Below are positions 56,360 through 64,000 of a DNA stretch of 64,000 nt, piece after piece; within the stretch, counting starts at the first letter, position 1; every line of letters starts with the position of its first letter. Below the pieces are notes generated by a model, which had not been told where the DNA came from, did not search any database, and saw only the letters and a list, made by a program, of their open reading frames with translations. The translations under genes were made by a program, and so were the position numbers. The stretch comes from Planctomycetota bacterium (GTDB taxonomy: Bacteria > Planctomycetota > GCA-002687715 > DRQF01), in the NCBI GenBank assembly GCA_027001995.1, contig JALTLO010000023.1:19156-83155 (forward strand). The letters are read 5' to 3'.

Positions 56360-57136
56360 TTGTCTGACATCAATTCAATCCCTCTGCTCACCGCGAAGGA
56401 AGAAATTGAATTGGGACAAAAGATCCAAAACGGTGACCCTGCTGCGCGCCAACACATGATTCAAGCGAATCTGCGACTGGTGGTTTCCGTAGCCAAATCT
56501 TATGCTAGTCGAGGACTTCCATTATCGGACCTTATTGAAGAAGGGAATATGGGCCTGATTCGGGCAGTGGAAAAATTCGATCCCGGAGAAGGGTGTCGAT
56601 TTAGCACTTATGCCACTTGGTGGATCAAACAAGCTATTCGCAAATCCCTTTCCAACACCGCGCGGACCATTCGTTTGCCTTCCTATATGGTCGAGTTGGT
56701 GACCAGATGGAAAAGCCTGTCTTTGGAAATGTCAGCTCAGCTTGGAAGACAAGCAACAACAGATGAAATCGCCCAGGCACTCGAATTAGCGCCAAGAGAA
56801 CTTAAGTCTGTCAAACAAGCTCTCCAAACATCCATCGCAATGGATCAAAGAGTCTCGATAGAGAGAAGCGACTCAAGAGCAGGCCATATTCCTGATCACA
56901 GTCTCACCACCCCGGAAGATCACACCTTTTTGGCAAACGACATTGAAATCCTGACCCAACACCTCCATGACCTCAGTGAAGCGGAAAGCACAATTCTCAA
57001 ATTGCGTTACGGGTTAGACGGGCAAGACCCGATGACACTCAAGGAAATTGGGCACATTGTGGGCATGACGCGAGAGCGCGTTCGCCAAGTTGAGCTGTCC
57101 TGTCTTAAAAGGCTCAGCAACATTCTTAACAAATAG
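56360..57136 (+). CDS. Sigma-70 factor, RpoD/RpoS-like, lacking region 1.1 (true start probably upstream)
   Basis: ANLRLVVSVAK, DLIEEGNMGLIRAVEKFDP, RFSTYATWWIKQAI, TRERVRQVE. Confidence 0.92.
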   Translation: MSDINSIPLLTAKEEIELGQKIQNGDPAARQHMIQANLRLVVSVAKSYASRGLPLSDLIEEGNMGLIRAVEKFDPGEGCRFSTYATWWIKQAIRKSLSNTARTIRLPSYMVELVTRWKSLSLEMSAQLGRQATTDEIAQALELAPRELKSVKQALQTSIAMDQRVSIERSDSRAGHIPDHSLTTPEDHTFLANDIEILTQHLHDLSEAESTILKLRYGLDGQDPMTLKEIGHIVGMTRERVRQVELSCLKRLSNILNK

Positions 57137-57660
57137 TCTCACAACTACACCGCGAACCTAAGCTCCTTCTTTATCGTCACTTAGAGCCGATCGCTTTATC
57201 TTTTGCCATAGTTATCCACAGGTTTCGCCCTAAATTCATACTCGCCGGTGCTTCGCCACCCGTAGAGGTGCCAAACATCGAAAGGCCCACCACATCTTGT
57301 GCATCTTCAACGAAACATCTGTCGTTAAACCTTGTGAGTAAGGTGTGAGAAGAGTTCCGTTTTTCCCCAAGAGATCAGTCAACACGCCTCGTATTCCCCA
57401 ACAAGAAAGAAGAACTCGAGGCGCAAAACACACGAGTACCCACCAAGCCCACCCTCGATTTGCAAATCCAACAAAATACCTAACTCACGGTGAAATCGAT
57501 ACTTCCTGAAAGAAATCCCATCGTTTTCCCCAAAACAACAGTGCCTTATGATGATTAAGATGACTTTCTAGAATAAGAACTAGATTCTTCTTAAGCAGAA
57601 ACTCTCAACTCGGTCAAATCACGTGGTTGTGATGACCAAAGAAATCAGCAACAGTTCTTC
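57137..57660. other. Candidate replication origin (oriC)
   Basis: 524-nt intergenic region with perfect DnaA box TTATCCACA (57212-57220), near-boxes (57333, 57361, 57392, 57524) and a tandem box + GC spacer + trinucleotide repeat + AT-rich tract (57524-57600); about 6 kb from parS/parAB. Confidence 0.6.
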
Positions 57661-58251
57661 ATGGAATGGGACAATAAAACACTCATCATCGACAATTTTG
57701 ATTCCTTCACCTGGAACCTTGTCCATCTCTTAGAAAAAATAGGAGATGAGCCCATCGTTGTGAGAGCAGACGATCCTGATCTCTACGTCTTGTCAGAGGT
57801 GCTTCCAAGGCGCCTTATACTCTCTCCTGGACCCGGATGTCCTGCTAACGCTCACGCCAACCACAACGCAATCAAAGTGGCCTACAAGACAGTTCCCATT
57901 TTAGGGGTTTGTTTGGGACATCAATCCATCGCTCAATTCTTCGGACATACCGTCAAACGAGCCCCTACTCCAATCCACGGAAAGACATCATCGATCACAC
58001 ACCTCAATACGGATCTTTTCATGGGAATCCCATCACCCTTCATTGCTATGCGCTACCACTCTTTGGCCATTGACGCTCAGAATAAAACAAGTCCGCTCTA
58101 CGTTACAGCCTGGTGCCATATCCAAGACCAAATCATCCCCATGGCAATCAAACACCGCACACGCCCCATTGCCGGTGTTCAATTTCATCCCGAATCATTC
58201 CTGACCGAAAACGGCCGAGCAATTTTGGAGAACTTTCTCTCATGGATCTAA
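57661..58251 (+). CDS. Anthranilate/aminodeoxychorismate synthase glutamine amidotransferase (TrpG/PabA)
   Basis: IDNFDSFTWNL, SPGPG, GVCLGHQ, RYHSL, QFHPES. Confidence 0.92.
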   Translation: MEWDNKTLIIDNFDSFTWNLVHLLEKIGDEPIVVRADDPDLYVLSEVLPRRLILSPGPGCPANAHANHNAIKVAYKTVPILGVCLGHQSIAQFFGHTVKRAPTPIHGKTSSITHLNTDLFMGIPSPFIAMRYHSLAIDAQNKTSPLYVTAWCHIQDQIIPMAIKHRTRPIAGVQFHPESFLTENGRAILENFLSWI

Positions 58252-59141
58252 ATCACGAGACCTTTCATCAACGTCTCACAAAAGCCTGCAAACAAAAGAA
58301 CTCGTATCTCTGTGTCGGAATCGATCCACGACCTGAATATCTTCCTGTAAAATGGCAAAACAAAGGCGCAACTCCTGAAACCTTGGCACAATCTTACCTT
58401 GAATTCTCCTGCATGATCATCGACCGCATTCACCACAAGATTCCTATCATCAAACCCCAAAGCGCCTTTTTCGAAGCTCTTGGATATCATGGTGTGCGTG
58501 TTCTGGAGGAACTATCTGCTTATGCACAAGAAAAAGGGCTCTTAGTTATTGGAGACCTCAAAAGAGGAGACATCGGTTCAACTGCAGCGGCTTATGCTCA
58601 AGCCGCTTTCAAACTCAATAGCAACCATAAACCACTGTTCGATGCTGTCACTGTTAACCCATACATGGGACTTGACGGTGTTCAGCCCTTTATTGCTCAA
58701 GCCAAAAAAACAAACTCCGCAATTTTTGTACTATGCAAAACGAGCAATCCCTCATCCCAAGATCTCCAAGACCTAAAGACCCATGATGATCAACCCATAT
58801 ACTCAAGAATCGCCGACCTCATTCATGAATGGAGCAATAACCAAGAAGGTCTCGTAGGCGCTGTTGTCGGGGCTACTCATCCAAAACAACTACCAGAACT
58901 CAGAAACCGAATGCCTTTGGCGTGGCTTCTTATTCCAGGAGTCGGAGCACAAGGTGGGACCTATGAAGATGCGGCAAATGGTTTTCGAAAAAACAATGGA
59001 ATGGCTCTCGTCAGTGCTTCTCGATCCATTACCTTTCCGTGGCTATCCAGTACACCTTCTGCTCCAGATAATTGGCTAGAGCAAATAGAAATGGCCGTTG
59101 ATTCCGCTAACCACCAACTCAACCATGCGCTTGACAACTGA
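58242..59141 (+). CDS. pyrF: Orotidine-5'-phosphate decarboxylase (ORF track start 58113)
   Basis: LCVGIDP, KPQSAFFE, DLKRGDIGST, VVGAT, IPGVGAQGG, SR. Confidence 0.94.
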   Translation: MDLNHETFHQRLTKACKQKNSYLCVGIDPRPEYLPVKWQNKGATPETLAQSYLEFSCMIIDRIHHKIPIIKPQSAFFEALGYHGVRVLEELSAYAQEKGLLVIGDLKRGDIGSTAAAYAQAAFKLNSNHKPLFDAVTVNPYMGLDGVQPFIAQAKKTNSAIFVLCKTSNPSSQDLQDLKTHDDQPIYSRIADLIHEWSNNQEGLVGAVVGATHPKQLPELRNRMPLAWLLIPGVGAQGGTYEDAANGFRKNNGMALVSASRSITFPWLSSTPSAPDNWLEQIEMAVDSANHQLNHALDN

Positions 59142-59143
59142 AA

Positions 59144-59887
59144 ATGAATAGCAATAAAGAATGGTATAAATCCGCATTTGATGCGGAATACAGCCAAATC
59201 TATTCTCATCGAACGGATCAATCTGCATGCAAAGAAATCCATTGGATCATGAACCAAATTGACAAAAGTCGTCAAACTTTTGTTCTTGATCTTTGTTGTG
59301 GCAACGGAAGACACACCACTGAACTTAACAATCACAATCTCGATGTTATTGGTTTCGACTTATCTGCTCCATTACTTCAACAAGCAAATCGTCGGACGAC
59401 CAAGACAACTGAAAAATACGTTCGGGGAGATATGAGGCAACTTCCGTTTCCGAGCAATCGGTTTTCTCTTATTGTTTCCCTATTTACTTCTTTTGGTTAC
59501 TTCTCGACCGATGCGGAAAACCTTGCCGTTCTTCAAGAAATTCAAAGAACCCTCTCATCTCAAGGCCAGGTCTTTCTTGACTTTCTTAATGCCCCCTGGG
59601 TTATCTCCCATTTGATTCCAAGAAGCCGCGAAATAAAAGATGGCATTCATTTGTTGCAAGAAAGATCAATCACCTCTGACGGCAAACGAGTTGAAAAAAA
59701 GGTTACTTACTGTCATCCGGGAAAACCCAAGAAAACCTATTATGAGTCAGTACGACTTTTCACCATCGAAGAACTAAGAGAACTATTTGATCGAGCAAAT
59801 CTAAGAATCACCGGCACATATGGTTCACTCTATGGTGATGACTACACTCATCAAAGCTCAAGGGTTGTCCTGAAAGCTCAAAAATAA
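59144..59887 (+). CDS. Class I SAM methyltransferase, candidate bacillithiol N-methyltransferase (NmbA-like)
   Basis: WY...Y..IYSHR, LDLCCGNGRH, GDMR, LFTSFGYF; 4 nt upstream of bshC. Confidence 0.75.
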   Translation: MNSNKEWYKSAFDAEYSQIYSHRTDQSACKEIHWIMNQIDKSRQTFVLDLCCGNGRHTTELNNHNLDVIGFDLSAPLLQQANRRTTKTTEKYVRGDMRQLPFPSNRFSLIVSLFTSFGYFSTDAENLAVLQEIQRTLSSQGQVFLDFLNAPWVISHLIPRSREIKDGIHLLQERSITSDGKRVEKKVTYCHPGKPKKTYYESVRLFTIEELRELFDRANLRITGTYGSLYGDDYTHQSSRVVLKAQK

Positions 59888-59891
59888 ACTG

Positions 59892-61424
59892 ATGAAATTA
59901 AGCCGTATTATTCAAAACGCTCTCGCTGAACATCCATCGGCGGTGCATGCTTTATCTGGGCCTATCACCCTTGAGCATCTCATTAATTCCGCACGATCTC
60001 TCTGTCCTAAACAGAACAAGACTATTGCCCAAACTCTCAGACAAAACCTTCCTCAAGACCTTCTTGCTTCCGACCACGCGCTTTCAAACTCACTCCAAAA
60101 ATTAACTAACGGTGCGGTTGTTGTCTGTGCTGGGCAACAACCATCTCTTTGCGGAGGAACGTTTCTATCTCTTTACAAAGCAGCAACCGCGGTTGTCCTA
60201 AGCACCCACCTCAACGATCATGGCATCAACGCAATTCCACTATTCTGGAATGCTTCCGAAGACCACGACTTTACTGAAGCTAATCAACTCTACCTACCAC
60301 CCAACAAACAAGAAACTGAGACCCAGCTATGTGCTCTTGAGTCACGTTATAATGAACAATCATTATCCAGGACATTCATCACAAAAGATGACCACAATTA
60401 CATCAAGACTCTTGTCGCCCGTTATCATCAAGATGAAAAATACATACCCGAAATAGATCAAGCATTCGGAACATGGGCAACCAGGCTCATGTTGTTATTC
60501 ACCAAAAACACTGGTCTTCTCGTTTGTGAACCTGAATGGTTCTCTGATCAACTTATTCCGTTTCGGCAACAACTTACGAGCAAGTTACCTGAGCTAATAA
60601 AGAGCCTTGTAAGCCAAACAAATAACTTAAGTCAAAACGGTTATCCCACACCGATCAAGTTTGATCCAACTCAAGAAAGCATGCTCTTTTCAGCTATTGG
60701 TGATCAAAGAACAAAACTCAAGAAAACGACTTCTGGCCATTTTGCGATAGGAGATGCACGATGGAATCTCAATGAGCTTCAAGACCAACTGTGCAAACAT
60801 CCTTCTGAATTCACATCAAGCGCCATATCTCGTCCTTTAGCTCAGCAATTTCTTTTTCCTGTTGTTACGCAAATATCCGGGCCTACAGAATCAGCATACC
60901 TGGCTCAGCTCAGAGAACTTTATCCTCTTATGGACGTTTCAAATCCTATTATCTGGCCACGAGCCACTTGTCTTATTTTGCGCGAAGAAGAACAGCAGTT
61001 GTCAACTTTCCTGAATATCCCTGTCTCTGGACTTCTTAAGGAAGAACTTCCTCACAGGATTCAGTTGTCAGAGAATGACAATGAACTTATTGACCAAATA
61101 GATAAATCACTTCGTGCAAGTTTGACTGCTTTGGATAAGCATAAACACAAAGATTCAAGAACAGAATTTATTCGATTTCGTACAGACGTCTATTCTCAGT
61201 GGCGAGATGTACGGAAACGAACAATCAAAATTCAAAAACAAGAACTTAAACCAAAATCCAAATCACTCCACCGCCTTAAGCAGCTCGTTCAACCTCGGGG
61301 AATTTCCCAAGAACGCGCTTTTGGACCTTTTAGTTTTGGACTTCCAGTCAATGCTGATCTGTTTCATTTGCTGTGCGAAAGAATCGATCCCTTTCAATTT
61401 CAACGCCAACTCATTCAGCTTTAA
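59892..61424 (+). CDS. bshC: Bacillithiol cysteine-adding enzyme BshC
   Basis: GQQPSLCGG..LYKA, FWNASEDHD, RPLAQQFLFP, GPTESAY, QER. Confidence 0.88.
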   Translation: MKLSRIIQNALAEHPSAVHALSGPITLEHLINSARSLCPKQNKTIAQTLRQNLPQDLLASDHALSNSLQKLTNGAVVVCAGQQPSLCGGTFLSLYKAATAVVLSTHLNDHGINAIPLFWNASEDHDFTEANQLYLPPNKQETETQLCALESRYNEQSLSRTFITKDDHNYIKTLVARYHQDEKYIPEIDQAFGTWATRLMLLFTKNTGLLVCEPEWFSDQLIPFRQQLTSKLPELIKSLVSQTNNLSQNGYPTPIKFDPTQESMLFSAIGDQRTKLKKTTSGHFAIGDARWNLNELQDQLCKHPSEFTSSAISRPLAQQFLFPVVTQISGPTESAYLAQLRELYPLMDVSNPIIWPRATCLILREEEQQLSTFLNIPVSGLLKEELPHRIQLSENDNELIDQIDKSLRASLTALDKHKHKDSRTEFIRFRTDVYSQWRDVRKRTIKIQKQELKPKSKSLHRLKQLVQPRGISQERAFGPFSFGLPVNADLFHLLCERIDPFQFQRQLIQL

Positions 61425-61435
61425 GAGAACACTTC

Positions 61436-62176
61436 ATGTTAACTCCTCAACCTTGCCATCTTCTTGCGATTGGCGCACATCCTGATGATGTCGAATTGAA
61501 CGCCGGTGGAACAATTCTCAAAGCAAGATCCCAAGGATTAGCAGTTGCTATTTGTCATCTCACGGATGGTGAGATGGGTACCAGGGGAAGCCCTGAAATT
61601 CGAATCCAAGAAGCAAAATTGGCAGCAAAGAGATTATATGTTGATCACCTTTCTTTTCTTCATCTCGAAGATGGATATGTAACAACCAACAAAGAATCAA
61701 AAATGAGTGTTGTACGGATGATTCGTACTTATCAACCTCAAATCATTCTGGCTCCATTTTGGCAAGACTTACATCCTGACCATGCAGCAACTGGGGACAT
61801 AGTGAAGAAAGCCAATTTTCTTGCTGGCTTAGAACGCATTGAAACAGACCAATCTCCATGGCGTGCTCGGTCAATCTTCTATTACATGTCACATACACCC
61901 ATGAATGTTTCTATTGTCGTTGATATTTCCGAGGAACTTCAAGCAAAGAAAGAAGCCGCTCTGGCCTATAAATCACAGTTCCATCAAGAAGCATCAACAG
62001 AACGACAGACTTTCATCTCGAGCGAAAATTTCTGGCAGTGGTGGGAGGGTCGAGCTTCCTATTGGGGGCACCATGTTGGTGCCAAGTATGGTGAACCATT
62101 CTATATTGATGGTCCAATTCCATTCAAGAATCCCTTCAACCTTTTCTCCGGTTTCGGCAAATACAAAAACCAATGA
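61436..62176 (+). CDS. bshB1: Bacillithiol deacetylase BshB1 (ORF track start 61373)
   Basis: AHPDDVEL..GGT, GEMGTRG, HPDH, AYKSQF. Confidence 0.9.
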   Translation: MLTPQPCHLLAIGAHPDDVELNAGGTILKARSQGLAVAICHLTDGEMGTRGSPEIRIQEAKLAAKRLYVDHLSFLHLEDGYVTTNKESKMSVVRMIRTYQPQIILAPFWQDLHPDHAATGDIVKKANFLAGLERIETDQSPWRARSIFYYMSHTPMNVSIVVDISEELQAKKEAALAYKSQFHQEASTERQTFISSENFWQWWEGRASYWGHHVGAKYGEPFYIDGPIPFKNPFNLFSGFGKYKNQ

Positions 62177-63348
62177 ATAGTCCATTACTCAGAATCGGTA
62201 TCGCCTGCTATCCAACGTATGGTGGGAGTGGAGCCTTAGCAACAGAACTTGGAATTGCACTCGCTGATAGAGGACATGAAATCCATTTTCTCTCTTATGA
62301 GTCCCCTTTCCGACTTAAAGAATTTCATAGTAACATCATCTATCACCAAGTCGGTGTTCAAGATTATCCATTATTTAAGTATCCACCCTATGCTTTGGCG
62401 CTCGCTACAACGATGGCAGAGGTATGTGAACTTCATGATCTAGAAGTTCTTCATGTTCATTATGCAATTCCACATCTTGTCAGTGCAAATTTGGCAAAAC
62501 AGATGTTGATTGATCAAGACGTTAAAGTGATATCCACACTTCATGGCACCGATATTACCGTTGTAGGAAACGATCCCTCATATCGTCGTGTGGTTCAATT
62601 CTCTTTGGAAGAAGCAGACGGTGTCACGGCGGTTTCTCAATATCTTAAGAACGAAACTTATCGAAGTGTGGGAACAACTTGTGAGATCCGTGTGATCCCG
62701 AACTTTGTTGACTTAAATCGCTTCTCGGCATCTGTTTGCCCTGAAGCTGCAAAACTCTGTTGTGATGATGAAGTCATTCTCATCCACGTTTCTAATTTTC
62801 GTCCGGTCAAGCGTGTCAATGATCTAGTTCACGTCATGGTGGAGCTTAAGAATAACGGGGTTTCCGCTCGACTCATTATGGTGGGAGATGGGCCAGATAA
62901 AGCAGCAGCCGAATTATTAGCTCGGCAATTGAAAGTAGCAGAGCAAATCAATTTTCTTGGCCTTCAAGACAGTGTGGAACAGATTATTCCTTGCGCTGAT
63001 ATCTTTCTCTTGCCTTCAGAATTTGAATCGTTTGGCCTATCAGCATTGGAAGCGATGGCTTGTGGCGTGCCGGTTATCGCAACAAATTCAGGAGGGCTCC
63101 CGGAAGTTATTCAAGATGGCGTTTCAGGAAAATTGGTTTCTATTGGTGACATACAAGGCTTTGCGCTTGCAATTCAAGAATTAGTTACCGATCCAGATGC
63201 ATTAAAACGAATGGGTAAAAATGCAAGACATGAAGCCGTGAATCGATTTTCAATTCAAGATGTTGTTCCAGCTTATCTGGACTATTATTATGAATTACTT
63301 TCAGACGAAGATGATATGTTTTGCGATCAAAATGTTGAAGCGACATAA
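62173..63348 (+). CDS. bshA: N-acetyl-alpha-D-glucosaminyl L-malate synthase BshA
   Basis: IGIACYPTYGGSG..ATELG, HVHYAIPH, TLHGTDIT, SNFRPVKR, ESFGLSALEAM. Confidence 0.95.
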   Translation: MNSPLLRIGIACYPTYGGSGALATELGIALADRGHEIHFLSYESPFRLKEFHSNIIYHQVGVQDYPLFKYPPYALALATTMAEVCELHDLEVLHVHYAIPHLVSANLAKQMLIDQDVKVISTLHGTDITVVGNDPSYRRVVQFSLEEADGVTAVSQYLKNETYRSVGTTCEIRVIPNFVDLNRFSASVCPEAAKLCCDDEVILIHVSNFRPVKRVNDLVHVMVELKNNGVSARLIMVGDGPDKAAAELLARQLKVAEQINFLGLQDSVEQIIPCADIFLLPSEFESFGLSALEAMACGVPVIATNSGGLPEVIQDGVSGKLVSIGDIQGFALAIQELVTDPDALKRMGKNARHEAVNRFSIQDVVPAYLDYYYELLSDEDDMFCDQNVEAT

Positions 63349-63989
63349 CCCATCAATAAATTTCTGGTCAATGTATTCAAATCGCTTTCAGATGATTCCA
63401 ATTGATATTTCTTGCCCACAGATTCGATCATCTGACTAGAAGATTCAACGAAGGCATCAAAGACACCTTCTCCTGTTTGGGCATTGGTAGCAAAGTACTT
63501 TGTATCACCATTGATAAGGGCACGCGTCATTTCTTCGATGCTCATAGCGTTATCCAAATCACGTTTATTGAATTGAATAACGAGGGGCATCTTTTCGATA
63601 TCAAGCCCATTGGACTCTAAATTCTGAGCTAAATTCGACAGACTATTTTGATTCTCCTCAATACGAGAAGCATTCGAATCTGCAACGAAAACAACAGCAT
63701 CAGCTCCCATAAGGACGTACTTGCGCGTCAGGTTGTATTTGACTTGGCCAGGAACAGTGAATCCTTGAATCTTGACTTTGTAGCCGCCGAGAACACCCAA
63801 GTCGATCGGCAAAAAATCGAAGAAAAGAGTTCTCTCTTCATCTGTTTTTAGAGACACCATCTTCACGCGATTTTCAGGATCCAAAACGCTATGAACATGA
63901 TTCAGGCTGGTTGTCTTGCCCCCTAAACCCGGTCCGTAGTAAACGATTTTCGTGTTAATCGTCTTATCTCTGGTGTTGACAATGCTCAT
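63327..63989 (-). CDS. mglA: MglA-family small GTPase
   Basis: KIVYYGPGLGGKTT, RTLFFDFLP, TVPGQV.Y, FVADS, QFNKRDL. Confidence 0.9.
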   Translation of the reverse strand: MSIVNTRDKTINTKIVYYGPGLGGKTTSLNHVHSVLDPENRVKMVSLKTDEERTLFFDFLPIDLGVLGGYKVKIQGFTVPGQVKYNLTRKYVLMGADAVVFVADSNASRIEENQNSLSNLAQNLESNGLDIEKMPLVIQFNKRDLDNAMSIEEMTRALINGDTKYFATNAQTGEGVFDAFVESSSQMIESVGKKYQLESSESDLNTLTRNLLMGYVASTF

Positions 63990-64000
63990 AATCTTCGCTT

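Noticed and set aside
55055..57136. Stop-codon readthrough fusing the sugar transferase to the sigma factor
   Set aside because: Same frame with a single TAG, but the sigma gene has its own RBS and the fusion has no functional rationale; likely chance

Overview
Core-chromosome window from a moderately GC-rich diderm bacterium, probably Planctomycetota/PVC. That assignment is inferred from gene content: RNase HIII, FG-GAP proteins with a C-terminal SNGL domain, a long HPr fusion and the flagellar accessory genes. It holds (i) envelope and glycosylation genes; (ii) a flagellar export cluster fliO-fliP-fliQ-fliR-flhB-flhA-orf-fliA followed by a small Cys protein and two lipoproteins, with a sigma54-type promoter upstream and a detached flgM-like gene; (iii) tRNA-Leu(GAG), gyrA, rnhC, purM, a cystathionine gamma-lyase/synthase and NAD kinase; (iv) a 1299-aa MurG + FHA-like + MurJ + HEAT fusion translationally coupled to mraY, so all three membrane steps of lipid II synthesis and flipping sit in two genes (the most unusual item); (v) parA/parB with two perfect parS palindromes and a ParA with a degenerate Walker A motif; (vi) a candidate oriC (DnaA boxes plus a DnaA-trio-like element) with no dnaA in the window; (vii) an AT-richer operon trpG/pabA-pyrF-methyltransferase-bshC-bshB1-bshA, a candidate N-methyl-bacillithiol pathway, converging on an MglA-type GTPase. 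No CRISPR array, rRNA, integrase or transposase was seen. All calls are by motif recognition; no searches were run.
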